The notes under the pieces are model-generated. The model saw only the letters and a program-made list of their open reading frames with translations, was not told the DNA's origin and searched no databases. Shown here in pieces: positions 35,396 to 50,100 of a DNA stretch of 55,823 nt. Position 1 is the first letter of the stretch. Each line of letters opens with the position of its first letter. Source of the DNA: Trichoplax sp. H2 (Eukaryota); assembly GCA_003344405.1 (NCBI GenBank), contig NOWV01000162.1, forward strand, positions 124,001-179,823, written 5' to 3'. The position numbers and the translations under genes were made by a program.

Positions 35396-38300
35396 ATGGA
35401 TGATTCTGATATCGAAGTGAAGACTTTGCTATAACCGATCATGATCTAGAGGAATTAAATCCAGATAGGAAACGATATCGATTTACTAAGGAAGATGCTA
35501 TCTATGGCGTCTTTGCACCTGATCGCAGTTACGACGATAGGAAGAAAGGGAAAGATTATAGCAAACCGGTCAATTTTATTAGTGGAGGTGTCAAAGGTGA
35601 AAGCAGTCAAGAATCCAAATCGGAGCAAGATGTTGATATTTCTAGTAATGAGGATAGCGACAACGATAGAAACGCCGATGAAGTAATATTACAGTCATTA
35701 TTAGAAGCAGGGAATGATAGCAAGCAAGTACCAAAGGACTTTGGTAGTAAGAAATCCACTCAAAGTACGACCAAGGCCAAGAATAGTAAGTCAGCAGCAT
35801 TCGTGTATTCTCAAAGACTTGATCAAGCAATGTTCAATGAATTGAATTATCCATGAGCTCTATGTACTTATTGGGTTGTATTTCTGCAATAGATGCCACT
35901 GTAAGCGCCAAGAATAAAAACTTAAAGAGGCCTGATAAGTAAGAGAAATTTGATCATGATCTTTTTTCGATAAGGATAGAATGATATATTGTATGTGTAC
36001 AAGAGAATCGATTATATTGTCTGATTCATATACAATATTGGATACCCTGACGTAGGGATTTTGGTAAATGGCAAGCGCATACTAAAGGTTTCGGCCAAAA
36101 GTATCTGGAGAAGGTTCGTAACTTTGAACATGAAACCTGATATTATTGGGCGCGCAGGATCTGTCTTAATTGAAATTTACACTTAGCTTATTTACTACAG
36201 AATTGATTCGGGATCGCGTCAGTCAACTTTACTACTGTATACAGTACAGCAAAGTTATATGTATCATATATATATACATTGATGATATAGTTATCGCGTA
36301 TCGTTAGCTAGATATTATGATAGGCGATGAAATAGTGATCGCCGGAACTACTATAATGACATTTTTATTAGTTACTTATTACTGTAAGGAAACCTTAGAA
36401 CTATTTACAAGGTTTTGTTGCAAGTATGAGCTACCCTACCATTTTTATTAGACATTTTTATTAGTTACTTATTATTGTAAGGAAAACTTTGAACTATTTA
36501 CAAGGTTTTGTTGCAGGTATGAGCTACCCTACCATTTTTATTAGACATTTTTATTAGTTACTTATTATTGTAAGGAAAACTTTGAACCATTTACAAGGTT
36601 TTGTTGCAGGTATGAGCTACCCTACCGTAAATAGACTGACATGGGTATTCATCATGTGCCAACGAATAGTTGATCTCAAACTAGATAAACGTATCACCTA
36701 TTAATAGCATGATCCCGTTATATCATATTCTACTGTTGTGCATTACAATGCTAAGCAATCTTGCATTGATGGAAAAACATTGGCTAACTGTTTACCTGGC
36801 ATTACAAAACTATCACTTAGAATCGTATACCCGTAAATCACAATCTTTTGCTTGTATTTTTCAGTTTGGCTTCAAGTCTGGTCAAGGCCTTGGAAAGGCT
36901 AATGAGGTAGGATATACTGCTAACATACATTGTACAAGTGTATGATACTTTATTCAATGACGCTGACTATGTGATTACTTTTGTACAAATGAGCAACGTA
37001 GTACTAATGATATATGATGTTAAATAGGGTATTGCTAAGCCAGTAGAGGTCACAAAGAGAAAGGGCCCTGGCGGCCTTGCCTACTACGGATCAGAAAGGG
37101 TAAAAGGTTCAGAGGAGGTATGAAACTCAAAGCTGGAGATTGATTCATATTAATTCCATCAATACACTGTAAAAGGTTTCTATATTAAATCGATATGCGA
37201 TAGGCTTTTTTATTGTTCTCATACGCTTACATAAAAAACAATTTTTGATTCTTTATTTACTGTTAAATTAATCTCTAAGTTGTAATCATGTTATAAAAAA
37301 ATAGTATTGATTATTTTAGAAGTATGCAGCTCACGATATAGAGGAAGATGAACAACAACAATTTGTAGAAGAGCTTCAAAAGTGGAAAAAAACTGGCAAG
37401 GTAAATAAAACATAGTCTTCGATACTCCGCATGTGCCTATTACAGTATGTTCATATAATCGACCAAGGTTTGTTAGGTAGATTCAAATTGATTTTTATAC
37501 CCTTACTCTAGACTGCAAAAGTTCGTAAGAAATACGTCTACAAGACTATCGATGAAGTAAAGGTATCGATCTTATCTCAATTCTTTGTTGATTAACGAAT
37601 TATTCTTGGCGTACAATTGCTCCCTTGATGATTCCATAATTCTTTCTAATATCTACTTTCATGAATGATAAACGTATAGTCTGGAGCTTCGAATAAACTT
37701 AACGCTGATACTTTTAGTGGCAGCAAAGACAAGGTGAGTGCATACATGAAATAGCTCTTGCGCTATAAAATCTTATTTATAACTTTATACTGACATTTAA
37801 TGTTACTTTATAGGTAATAGATATGACTGGACCGCAAAGTAGAGTCTTATCAGGGTATTCAGCAATAGGAGGGAGACCTACAAAACCTACGGAGTCGATT
37901 CCCTCTTTAGCAGGTTCGCAAATCAGCAAAAGAATATACCGTCTTAGATGTAACACTATCAACCAACAACGGTACATAATCTTTTACAGGAACTCAAGAA
38001 GCTAATTTTTCAATGGTGGAACTGCAATCCAATATTTCCCTCTTGGTTGATTTAGCAGAATCCGATATTATACAGACAGACATTCAGTGAGTCCTGACAT
38101 ATTACTCATTAAACTCTAGCTACGGAATAGCGAGATTTTAATATTATCTCTTTAAATTCGTGCTTATGAAGATTAAAAAGTGAACGTAATACAATTGAAA
38201 ATATGAGACATGAGCAAGAACGTTTAAGTAAGATTTTATTTGCTGAGCAAAGGGACGTTGAAAGAGTAGAAGAGCTGGATAGAATTATTAGCGAGTAAGG

Positions 38301-40710
38301 CTAGCTACCTCTATTTTCCATTCGTTACTGAATATGTATCATACATAATTTTGTAAAGTTATTATACAACTGACATTCGCACACTCTACCTAGATGCTCT
38401 GAAAGAATGTCAAATGAAAGCACTCATCCTTTAACCCTAGATGATTGTAGTAGTACCTTTCAAAAGTTACAACAGAACTTTCCTGATGAGTATAAAGTAC
38501 GTAACTATCAGAGGTAGTATAATACGTTAATAGCAAAGAAACTTTGGGCTTTAAATGTCTTGTATTGATTCTCTGTAATGTTCGTCTGATAGATGTATGG
38601 TTTAGCTGACTTGGCTGTTGCCATTGTTTATCCTCTAGTAAGAATTTTCTTCAAGCGTTATATGTATTGCTTTATTTTTTTATTTAAAGATTTCTCTAAT
38701 TGTACATCTAAACATGCCTTTAATTTAGATTAAACAATATTTACGAGGATGGATGCCGTTACAAGATCCAACATTTTCTTTGAAAACTTTCATCGAATGG
38801 AATGCTTTGTTAACTGATAGTAGTCCTATTAGCTTTGATAATACCGGTTCAACAATGAATTTATTCGATAGAATGATATGGGAGATATGGTTACCGGTTG
38901 TAAGAGATACCATTATTAGGTAAGCCAAACAGATAGAATGGTTACCAAAATCTCTTCAAATTTTTGGCAGAAATCCACTATACTCATAGAACATCTATTA
39001 AATATATATATATATTCTAATATATTTGTCAGGACAAGGTCTATTCGAAACCCGAAGCCATTGATTGATCTTATCAATTTATGGCAAGACCTACTACCTA
39101 CTTGGATTAAGAACAATATATTAGAGCAACTAATTTTTACACAGTTGCAGGTATATTTCTTTTATATGAATTTAGATATTTCCATATTAACTACGACAAA
39201 TCTAAAACAGAATTGATTTATGCTTGCAATTGGAATGTCTTCTTAGCATGAAATAGAGATGTGGAATCCGGTGGCTGATAGAGTACCGATTCATGTCTGG
39301 GTGCATCCATGGTTGCCATTGTTAGGTTTGTAAACTATTTAAAATGATATTAAATATTTTAGGATTTTAAAAAAATTTATCATTAACAGGTGATAAGCTG
39401 GGACCGCTATTAGCGCCTATTCGTCATAAGCTTACTTTAGCTCTAACTAATTGGCACCCCTCCGATCAGTCGGCACGCTTAATAATTCAACCATGGAAAG
39501 GAGTAATCTACCTTTTTATTCATATTTAAATTACCTTGTTAAAAATGTAGCATTAATTTCGATAAAAGATAAACATTCATTCATTCATTTATTTTACTAG
39601 GTTTTTAAAGACAATGCGTTTGATGCATTTTTACGTAATTCCATTTTACCCAAGTTAGCTGCATGTTTAGCTGAATTCGTAATTAATCCTCATCAACAGC
39701 ATCTTGAACCATTCTTATGGGTCATAGATTGGAAAGATGTTGTCTCCAAACAACATATGGTGACTCTTATGGAAAGACATTTTTTCCCTAAATGGTTGCA
39801 AGTAAGTGGTGTACATTGCTCTGAAATCTAAATTATTTTTATTTCGTATTAGAAATCTCTCGTAAGAATCTATTTACGGCTCATTTTTTCGTTCTTACGA
39901 TTACACAATACTCGTAGGCTTTAACGGTATGGTTAAACAATAAACCAAATTATAAAGAAGTAACGAAATGGTTTGTTACTATATTAGTTTACAAGTCTTT
40001 AATTATTACTTATCATCAAAATTACCGCCAGTTATAGTATATTCTTAAACATAACTTTATCACAAATCCTTTGCTTTACTTTAGGTATGAGGGCTGGAAA
40101 GAAATGTTTGGAAGTGATTTAGTGAGTCTACCAGCGATTAAGGCTCAATTTAACAGAGGGTTAGATGTAATGAATCAATCGATATCTATGGATGATGGTC
40201 AGGGGCGTTCACATGATAGAGAGAATTTAGCACACTTCACTTCAATTGAGCGCAGGTAAGATTTAATAATTTTTAAAGCAATATCCGTTTATTCGTGCTA
40301 CGTTGTAAGTGTTAAAAATTAACAACGTTTATAATTATATTTTATAGGAAAACTGCCGAAATAGCGGCCAAGGAAAGAGCTGCAGCGGTAGCTAGGGCCA
40401 AAACAGAAAAAATGACATTCAAAGACATGGTTCAGAAATTGGTAGGAAAAATATAGCTTGATATGCAAGATATTACAAACTTTAGTATAAAATTGTTTTT
40501 AAGATAATCGCTACAATTATGATATATTTCTAGGCCGAAGATCATGGACTCATATTTATGCCGACACGGAATACTCGTCAAGATGGAAAATTACTGTATA
40601 ATTTCGGTAGTTTAGTAATTAACATTGATCGAGGAGTTGTATATGTACAAAAAGCTGGAATGAAGTATGAAGCGGTCACTCTTTCTGATTTAGTAACATT
40701 AGCCAGTTAA
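35396..40710 (+). CDS. TFIP11: Tuftelin-interacting protein 11 (Ntr1/Spp382, G-patch spliceosome-disassembly factor), multi-exon; start ambiguous
   Basis: N-terminal [33 protein letters not shown]...[13 protein letters not shown]-patch [42 protein letters not shown]-region [40 protein letters not shown] and [14 protein letters not shown]-terminal [10 protein letters not shown]...IDRGVVYVQ...LSDLVTLAS* (TAA 40708-40710). Confidence 0.95.
36358..36626. repeat. 93-bp tandem repeat, ~3 copies, in a TFIP11 intron
   Basis: GACATTTTTATTAGTTACTTATTA.TGTAAGGAAA...TATGAGCTACCCTACC starts at 36358, 36451 and 36544. Confidence 0.95.
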
Positions 40711-43700
40711 TCTTAACGTGACGGTAGTCATAAGAATTTGGCTATTGACATTACAAATTATAAATATATTCGAATATTAACTTAGAAATATCTTTTCGAT
40801 TTTTATGTATATGATGTATTTACTCCTCATTATAAAATCAACAACATTACTTCTTACAATGAGGGATTTAAGTTATATTGTATTTAGGAATTCATGTCAT
40901 GCCCATGATTTTATAATATTGTAGTTAAAAGCTTGCTCTTGTTAATTGATCCTTCACTATTTTTTGTTTCGGTATGGAAACGGTCTTTTATAGAAATCCA
41001 CTGTGTACAACTATGCATTATTGCCTTGTATTACAATCCAAAAGAAAAACTACTATTATACTATAACCCTAAATTTAGCATTTTATGGATTAAGAATTCG
41101 AAAAGCGTAGTCAAAAGGCAACAAGTTTATAACAAGATGAAAAAAAACGATACTATTGGTTGCATTTTAATATGAACTGGACAAAAAATTAAAAGTTTCA
41201 GATTTTAGCAACTTCTAGTGCTTACTTTTATAGTACAAACAAAGAAATCTTGCTAGATAACGCTATAGACCACTTAATACTTTTAGTGGATTATTACATC
41301 AGTAGATTACATTTTATTAATAGTCTATGATAATGCTTGCAATTGCATGTACGTGTATAGGAATGAATGCGGGTATATCCCGACATTTTCTCTTCATTGT
41401 AATAAAGATTACTTATGCATGTATTACTACTTTAATTTATTAAATACGAAATAATATGAGAGTTTACCTCATTTCAAGACAATGACGGATGATAGAGGCA
41501 TAGATTTATATACTGTAACATTTCAAAGGTGGTAAACCGATAAATATGCCAACTATTCTCTAAGCTAAAGAGAACAAATAAAACTTAATTAATGTAATTA
41601 AAAATATTTTTAATACACATTAATCCATTGTTTTTAGTAAAAATATAATAATATGTTGGTGACAGATTTTCTGAAGTATTTTGACTTTATAATTCATTTA
41701 TAATACTCAAGTTATTCTTCAAAACCGAGTAAAGTATTGTTCAAATACTTATAAATAATATATAATTAGAACAGATAATATGATTGCGTTGTTTATGCAG
41801 TCCTTTGTTAAATCATGAACGCATACATGCCGGTACAAAGTTATTTTATTTTTATTATATGCTTTCGTGATAGCTGAGTCATTCATTAAACGACTGAAAC
41901 TTTGTATGAAGACTACGCATTGTAATATAAATTGATTTGTCCTCTTAATTGTTAATTATGATATTTCGATACTATAATAGTGTAAAGTAGAAAGAAGTCA
42001 CATTGATCGCCTTTTTAATGCGAATATTTGATTTAGGGGTAACCATCAAGGAATATTCTAATACCATCACTATCAATAGCTATCATCTAGGCTAAAGTGA
42101 TTTTTTAAATTTTAATTATGAGAATAAAAATTCATTCACAAATAAATCAGTTAAAGATAAAATTAATAGTTAATTAGTAGAATTAAATAAGGGATAAACG
42201 AGGTTTCTGGATTTCTTATCATAATAAAGGATATAGAAGTATCCAGTTCTTTTTTATTTATGCGATTATTTTATCATTTAAGACTGTTTTCTTCACCTAC
42301 TAATTCGCACATTGCCGACGTCTTTAGTTATGCCGCATACTGGAGATTTGATTTGGCAGTCAATTACTGTACTATATAAAAAATTTTTCACTGTAATTCC
42401 TGCTACGGCCTAGTTATTCTGTATGTACAACAAATAAAGAATAATCTGTAAATCATACACATAGACTGTAAAGTAGCTAGAGAGATTTAAGTAAAGAGAC
42501 TTATAGGAATTATTTAAAGTCAATCACTCGCATTCTATACTATATCGATCCAGGCATTAGTAATGCGTTGTTAGACATGTTTATAACTAAAGTCTTGTTA
42601 TGCTACTGTCATTTATAGAATCGTTATTAGCCTTCTAAAATAAGCAATTATTGCAATAGTGCTACTTAAGTCATTTGTATTAATATTACATAGTAAATTA
42701 TATAGATGTTCCTAACTGAATAAGAACTTTGTATTGTTAAACATAGCTTATTTCTTCGTTGCTACGTTCTTTAAATAAATAATATGCAGCATGAAATAGT
42801 TATAAATGAGGAATTGTTCTCATGGAAAGAATAAATCTCTTTCCTTAGTACGGTTACTATACTTCTTTATTATGCTGAATGACAGGATTGAAAAATTAGC
42901 TGAAATGATTCTTTTTCACTCGACCTGGGTTCAATTATAGCTGAAAGTTACATTTTAGTTTGAGCGTAATTAAAGTACTAAAATTAATGACAAAAATAGC
43001 TACGCGAGGGTTATTTGCTGTTTACTTCCTGTCTTCTACAATTTTTCGACATGAATATGTAGCCGTAACTATTGGTTATATAGAATACATGTTAGCAACT
43101 GTATGAAAAGTTTTTATTTACTATTTTTAGAATAAAATAGTAATACCGTCGCAATTTTTAAAGCAGACATATTATCAAATATTATTCATAATCAATTCGC
43201 AATTTCATCTTAATTGAAATAAACTTGTGCACGTGCATTTATTCGTTGTCAATAACAAGGTATAGTATTGATGCTGAACATTGCTAACGTAGCAGCAGCT
43301 GTTTTTCACACCCCTATTTGCATCTCTAGGCCCTATTAAGGCTTTTAATTTGTAAGCATATCATGCCCAATTATCCATAATAATTTATTATGTCTACTTA
43401 TTCAAAAGTGTACATTGATAATGCATTAATAAGACGTAGAGTGGATTAGCGATGAAAGAAATATAAATATCTATGGCTAACCAATCAATTCGACGATTAA
43501 ATTTAATTGTGACAATACGAGTTGGATAAGTTATGAATTAAGTCCATATTTTTTACGGTGTTAATAACCTTATTGGTCCGATGAAGTTGTTTTGTTAAAT
43601 TTTCACGTGTATTTACCAATGCATGCGAGCCAATACGGAATGATGCGGCATGATTTCGATACATGATTGGATAAACTATCATTCTATTATGATTGATGCA

Positions 43701-43877
43701 CGTTTGCAGTTGGATAAGAATTCTCGTTTACGGTCAAAATAATTAGTCCATCTTGACTGAAGTCAAGTTGAAAGCTCGCTCAAAAGTGCGATTTTTGGAT
43801 TAGTCATTTCGTTTCTCGCGATCACTTTCCGTCAAATTTCAAATTCAAAAAAAAGAGTTAGCCGACACATAGTATAG

Positions 43878-43938
43878 TAGATAGTTATTTAGATAGTTAT
43901 TTAGATAGTTATTTAGATAGTTAGATAGATAAATAGAT
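43878..43938. repeat. (TAGATAGTTATT)3 plus degenerate TAGA repeats upstream of the mucin-like gene
   Basis: A 12-bp tandem unit is directly visible, followed by TAGATAGTTAGATAGATAAATAGAT. Confidence 0.85.
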
Positions 43939-44130
43939 ATATTATTGTGTAATCTTACTCAAAGAAAGGCTAAATTCCGCTAGGTTGGTAGATAGCATTT
44001 TTATATGATGGTGGTATTTGAAAGGTTAAGCTTGAATTAGAACCTACGTTTTAAGTTTAATGTTAAGTTCTCTTTTTCTTCTTCATTTACAGTTAATATA
44101 GTTGGGATTATTAAGTCATCTTAAACAATT

Positions 44131-47100
44131 ATGGTTCAAACTTCAAGCATATCACGAATCGGATATGTAATTATCTTGCTTCTGGTTTGTCATTCTGCTA
44201 GCAACGTCCAAGGGAAAGAGTGAGTTCATTGATTTTATAGCTTAAGTATTTCTACATAAAAATTCTCTTTAGAAGTCAGAAATGAATTTATAGAAATGAT
44301 TTTTATGTAATATTGACGAAAATTGGAGATACGTTTCTGAATAGTTGACCGACCAGAATCATAGTCTAATTAACCGTTAACCAATATTCACTGTAGTTGG
44401 GGCATTTTCGTTAATGCTCTGAAATTACCAGAATTTAGTTAATTTTAGCTGTTGTTATTTTAGCCGTAAAGCTTTTCTTTCGAGATATGATAAAAGAAAG
44501 TAGTATTCCCAAAAATTGGATTCTGTTTGCTTTGTAGAGCGAAATTCTTAAAGATTTGTTCTTTAACTTAATCTGATTTCGTCTCATTTATTAATTACCA
44601 TATTTTCGGATACTCTTTCTAGTAGACTTTAAATTTCGTAGCTTAAACGTCTTATATATCGCTGTAAAAGTCTTCGCATTATTCATCATACTGGTAATGT
44701 TCAGGCAATTATAGAAATAGATATAGCATCCATCATTTCTCAGATCTTTTGACTGTCTTTTAGATAGTAGAAACAGTAGTCCAACTAACAGAAGCGAATT
44801 CATGTAGGCAGAGGGTTCGATTTTCGTATTTAGAAATTATTTCTTAATGCTCGATATAGAATGAGTAGCTACAATAGTCCCGTTTAAACTTAAAGAACCG
44901 TATACACTGATTAAGAGTATAAATAATGATCACTAGCTTCCGTTAATTTTAATTAATACTTGCAGCCTAGACAATCGTGATTGAATTCATTAAATGATTA
45001 CCGTACATCTTACGGACACAGTATGTGGTTAATTTTTTGGCAAAACAGTTAGTAAATAACTATGATGATGTATCGTATCAAGTATAACAGATAGTTGATA
45101 AGGGCATTTAAAATTAATAGCTAGTATAAAAATATTTCTTATGCCTTTTAGTTCACTCCTGGAAAAAGTTGCAAATTTTCAGTATTTAGTATTTACTATT
45201 AGCCCTGCGCTTGCGATGCGATATAATGCCTGAAATCGTAGCTCTATAGAACGAATAGTCAAAAGAACTAACATTATAGATAGTTATCCTTAAGCAAAAT
45301 GGAATTGCCAGGGGAATAATGTTAAAGTCTATATTATAGCCACGTTATTTCTGTCAATTTATAGATAATAGTACTCATTTTTTGATTCAATTAGAAGTCT
45401 ATACATGACAGTCGTGTTTACAATCTTGTCTATATATTTCAATAGCTTCAAAAAATTAAGTTAGAGCAGTTTACTTTTCTATTTCAGTAGCAACACTGTA
45501 GCAGATAGAGAAGACCTTCTCTATCTTGTAGCCAAGTTGAGGCAGGGCTAATGACTGAAAAAAATTACTTTTTTAACCATTGTACAAATTGTCTAGTGCA
45601 ACATTTTTGCTATCACGTGCAGGTTATATGGCAAATTATTGATAGCGTGCATGGCTATTTAAGACAATACAATCTCGATATGATCAATTAAATATTGAAA
45701 GTTTTCAGAATATGACAAAAAAAGAAATTACAGCAGCACTTTTAGTAAAAGCAATTCACAAAGTACAAGCTCAGTAGAATTTTTTAGAAATTCCGGTCAA
45801 TTAATTAGGAACTGCTGACACAGCTTATAGATCGTATTGGTGACTGAAGAAAATCACTGTTGCTAGAGTACCATGCTCTACGCGTATTGTTAGCTTTATT
45901 AACTGTAACAAACGCTAAGTACAGTATACTAACTGGATTTAATTTAGCCATGGGAAACTACATAAGATCGTATGATTACTAAAATTGTACCAAATTGTCA
46001 CGAAGGCTTTCAGCCATTGTCACCGTGTTAAATTGACTAAGATGGACTTTATTTTACTAAAGTTCGAGTAATAATCCTTATAATTTTATTCTTGATTGCA
46101 AAGCCTTGAGTATCATAGTATAAAATTTGTACAAGTATCGTATTCTTTCATTCATGACATGTAGTATGTATAGCTTAAATTTCGTTTTTGTTTGCCAAAA
46201 CTACCTGATCTGTGACTAGATGTTATTTTTCATTCAGGAAATAGAATCTTTTGTTTCCAAATGATGCAGCAAATAAGTTACGGTACTTTATCAAATACAG
46301 ATAAAATAGAATTGATTCGCTTTGTGATATGCAGTATTTGTCAACTAGAAACGAATCTTGAGGGTCGGAAATGGAATAGTTATAATGTGATAGCGTTATG
46401 ATAAATTCGTATATATTTGAATATTATTAGTCTATGAATTATTCCGTAAAATTAATACTTTAACGTAGCCTTGAATAATGAATGAAATGGATGGAAAGTC
46501 TAGTGTAGTCGTCATAGTTTATTTGGCTAGTTCTGTAATGAATTTCTATTTTCTTCGAAAAAAACGTGATCGTTAACAGTATTATTAGAAATTATTGACG
46601 TCATAACTGCAATTTTATTGACGAATATGAAATTCCTTACAGTTTGTCTCATTTGTACGGCGATTTTGTTGTTATTTAAAGCTAGTGAATGATATTGATT
46701 AGAGTAGAGAATATGCGCTTACAATAAGTCGTTAATGAGGCGTTGTAGTTAGCATTTATTGAGTGCATTGTATTATCACGCTACGCTAATTTATGTGGGC
46801 ATAGTTAGACCATCGTCATCTGTACACTTTAACAAAGGTTGTTTAAGCGCTCTTTATTAGGTAGATACGCTTAGATTATTATAAATTGTGGACTAGATTT
46901 CTAACATGACTAGGGAGGGTACCGAGAGAACGGATAGGATTCGGTAAAAAAATGCAGTCTTATTTGACAGCTACCTTTGTCCTTTTGGTAAGTGTACTGT
47001 ATACGATAGATCATTGGAGATCAATTGATATTGATGAACAATTGTAATCGAATAGATAATTCTTATTCCTTTTCCTTAGCCAATACCAAGTGTATGGGTA

Positions 47101-50100
47101 ATTTGGAAGATGGAAGTTAATTGGTCCTAATGCTAATGATAATATATAACAAAAACTAGATAGATTAATACGCATATCTTCATGATATGCTGACGACTTG
47201 GGTTATATTATCGGTCTAAAGGTCAATACTAGTAGAGATGAACATACGTATTGCGATGCCATCACGAGATGGATTACTTTAAATAGCTTAACAATCTTAA
47301 ATCTTGGTTCAGCTCATAATATCTTTATTATTGAATGAATCATCCTGTGCAACTTACGATTCTTACAGTTAGTTATGTGAACATCTTGAAACCTGAAAGT
47401 TTGAAGCAATGAATTAGATAGATTTTACAGTCACTGTGACAAATTTGAAAATCTCTTGGAAGTACAACAACTGACAGGCACTGCAGCTATTTAGTAACGT
47501 TTTGTCTTGTAAATGATATAGTATGCTGTTCTGTCTGTTCATGAGGCCTTGAATAGGTATAGCGATGCCGTAGATGTATGGTATACAGTGTATCCATGCT
47601 GGTATCGACGTAAAATATAATCATTTATAACCCTATTATTATCTGGCTTTCAATAATTTGATATTACGTCGATAGCATACGTGTAATGTTGGAAAAGAAT
47701 AGCTCATTTCTTTAACAAGCCTATAATGTACTAAGTATTGGATTTAATCGATGCGATTCTATCGTCTAGACTACGTGTATCGGTGTTTTATTGAATTTGC
47801 AATCGATGATCGTGTTTGCTGCCGTTTTTTATATTTATATTCTAATTAAAATGATTTATCGGTAGGACCAGATCTGAAGATGAAGATAAACAATCGATTA
47901 TGATACTATCCCGCCAGAAATGGTGTAATGAGACGAAATACGTTAAAGAAAAGTATAATACCTCCATTACAGTTAAACATTATGCCGTGAAAACCATCTT
48001 TCGCCAGCATTATAATAGCAAAACCGATTATATTCTCAAAGATAATGGAATTCACCTGATTGTTAACAGGTATTTCTCGACATGTTTTAGCTTTTTAATT
48101 TTCTTGAATTTTTAGGGATATGGTGGTCTTTCTGATGTTCAAGCGTAATTAATCGTTGCAACCGTTTATCGAGCCATGCTATCCATAAGACAAATTATTT
48201 TCTTTTCTATCAGGACTGAGTATAAATCGGAAAATATTACCGTTTTTGGATTATTAAAGAAAACTATCCATAAATGTTGCCCAGGATGGCAAGGACCAAA
48301 ATGTTTGCAATGTAAGTAGTCGGTCAAGCTGACAATGATATGACCGCGTAAGCAGTGTAATAGGGCTGGAGATTTTTTTATAAGTGGACAAGTACTATTG
48401 GCTTCATTTAAAAAAATGGATCCATAGCAGTACTAATGTACCAGTATTGAACCTTTATAATACTGTCAGTTAATCGTAATTTCATCGAGAAATTGAGATA
48501 CGATTTCTAAATTCTTGTTTATCGGAATTAATGCATCATTGCATTAGAGATTGCCTTACTGTCCATAAGGCACCTCTACACCGTTGCTACTGAATTATAC
48601 TACAGTATATAATATAATTCACTGTACATCTAAATTGTTCTCTTTTGAATGTTAATTGCCACACTTGCACATCTAGTAAACGATTACGATTTGGACTATT
48701 TACTGCAGACATTGTCGACTATACTTAAATATTGAAGCGTATTCCGCTAATGGAAAACCTATGTGAACCAGTGTTATGTGCATCTTGTTTTTGCCTACTG
48801 AATAAGTTTATACAATATTTTTTTGCATTCATTTTGCAGCCGAATGTCAACCGGCGTGTGTCCATGGCGCCTGCGTTGGCCCTAATAATTGCACTTGTCT
48901 AAAAGGCTATACTGGCAAGACTTGTGAAACACGTAAGAGCAGTAGCGATTAAGCTGTCTACATTCAGTCGATTGCAGACATAGAATTAATTAAACATCGA
49001 TTAATATAAATGGACTATTTTAAAAGCAAGAAGTCATGGCGACCGGATTCGCGTAGGAGTGATAGTGCTGTTACCATAATGCCATTGCAGTAGTAAATGT
49101 ATTCGAGACTTTCAGTTGATTGATTTTGATTCATTGATTAAAGCAGGGAGATCGCTTTTAGCTCCCTGGCTGAAAGCCACGTGCTGCTGCAACACGTGTT
49201 AGCGGCACGTGCTTACAGTAATACAGTACTGTACAGTTGATACTTTCAACGCTACATTGTACTGTACGGTACGGTACAGTACAATGACCGTCAGGAGCTG
49301 GGAGGAGTGCCATCGGTCCGTCGGTATAGTACGGTATCGCACTTTGCTGTATCGCTATCATGATACCCATATTATACCTAAGTTACGATACTGTAGTCTA
49401 TAGTAGTCTATGTCTATACTGTACAGTATGGCTTAGGTATCCATGACCGTTCGTTACCGTCAAGAAAAAAATTGACGTCACAAGCGAAAGCCAGCAATCT
49501 CAGCTCTCGTTTTTTATTGGCTATAGTATAGCGTACTGTGGTACGTTCTGTAGACTATAGTCTTACTGTAGGCAGCATTTTGACCGGCCTTAGAAAAGGT
49601 TTAAAAAAAAAAAAGATATTCACTATACCTGTGTAAAGCCAATCAATTTCAGCGAGTATTTCTAAACGCGGGCTGCCATTTTGTCCGTTTTTTTCTTAGC
49701 TGTATGCAACTCTGGCTGCTTAAACGGAGGTACTTGCATTGGGCCAAACAAGTGTAAATGTCCAACTGAATTTACTGGCGAGATCTGTGCCATACGTAAG
49801 TCATGAGTGTCTTTTTGCCAATTGCTGTAATGTTGACTTTGCAATGGAAAGTATTGGACAGGATAGATGCCATCTTTTCCACTGCGATTAGCAAGCATAC
49901 CTTAGTGTTACTTTATAGCAGCTTGGCGAAGTACGAAACATATACTATGTAGTAGTTGCAGTGGAATATCAAAATACAATGTAAAGCAGCGATCTTCTCA
50001 TCTTTTTTCAAGTCGTACTATATACATCCATGATTATTACAGTACAGTACACTACACTTGAGGCAATCTTTTCAAGGTGACAGTCAGTGCAGTTGATTGC

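Noticed and set aside
40711-43870. Gene in the TFIP11-mucin intergenic region (ORF 40933-41175)
   Set aside because: The region is very AT-rich with no recognisable protein motif or exon chain, so it is treated as 3'UTR and regulatory DNA.
48116-48144. Extra mini-exon in the mucin-like gene
   Set aside because: At 29 nt it would break the frame between the flanking phase-2 exons and would need a very short upstream intron.
49030-49215. RNase MRP/RNase P RNA (minus-strand CTGAAAGTCTC resembles the CR-I GAAAGUC motif)
   Set aside because: No matching CR-V/P4 partner or GARAR-loop P8 was found downstream on that strand.
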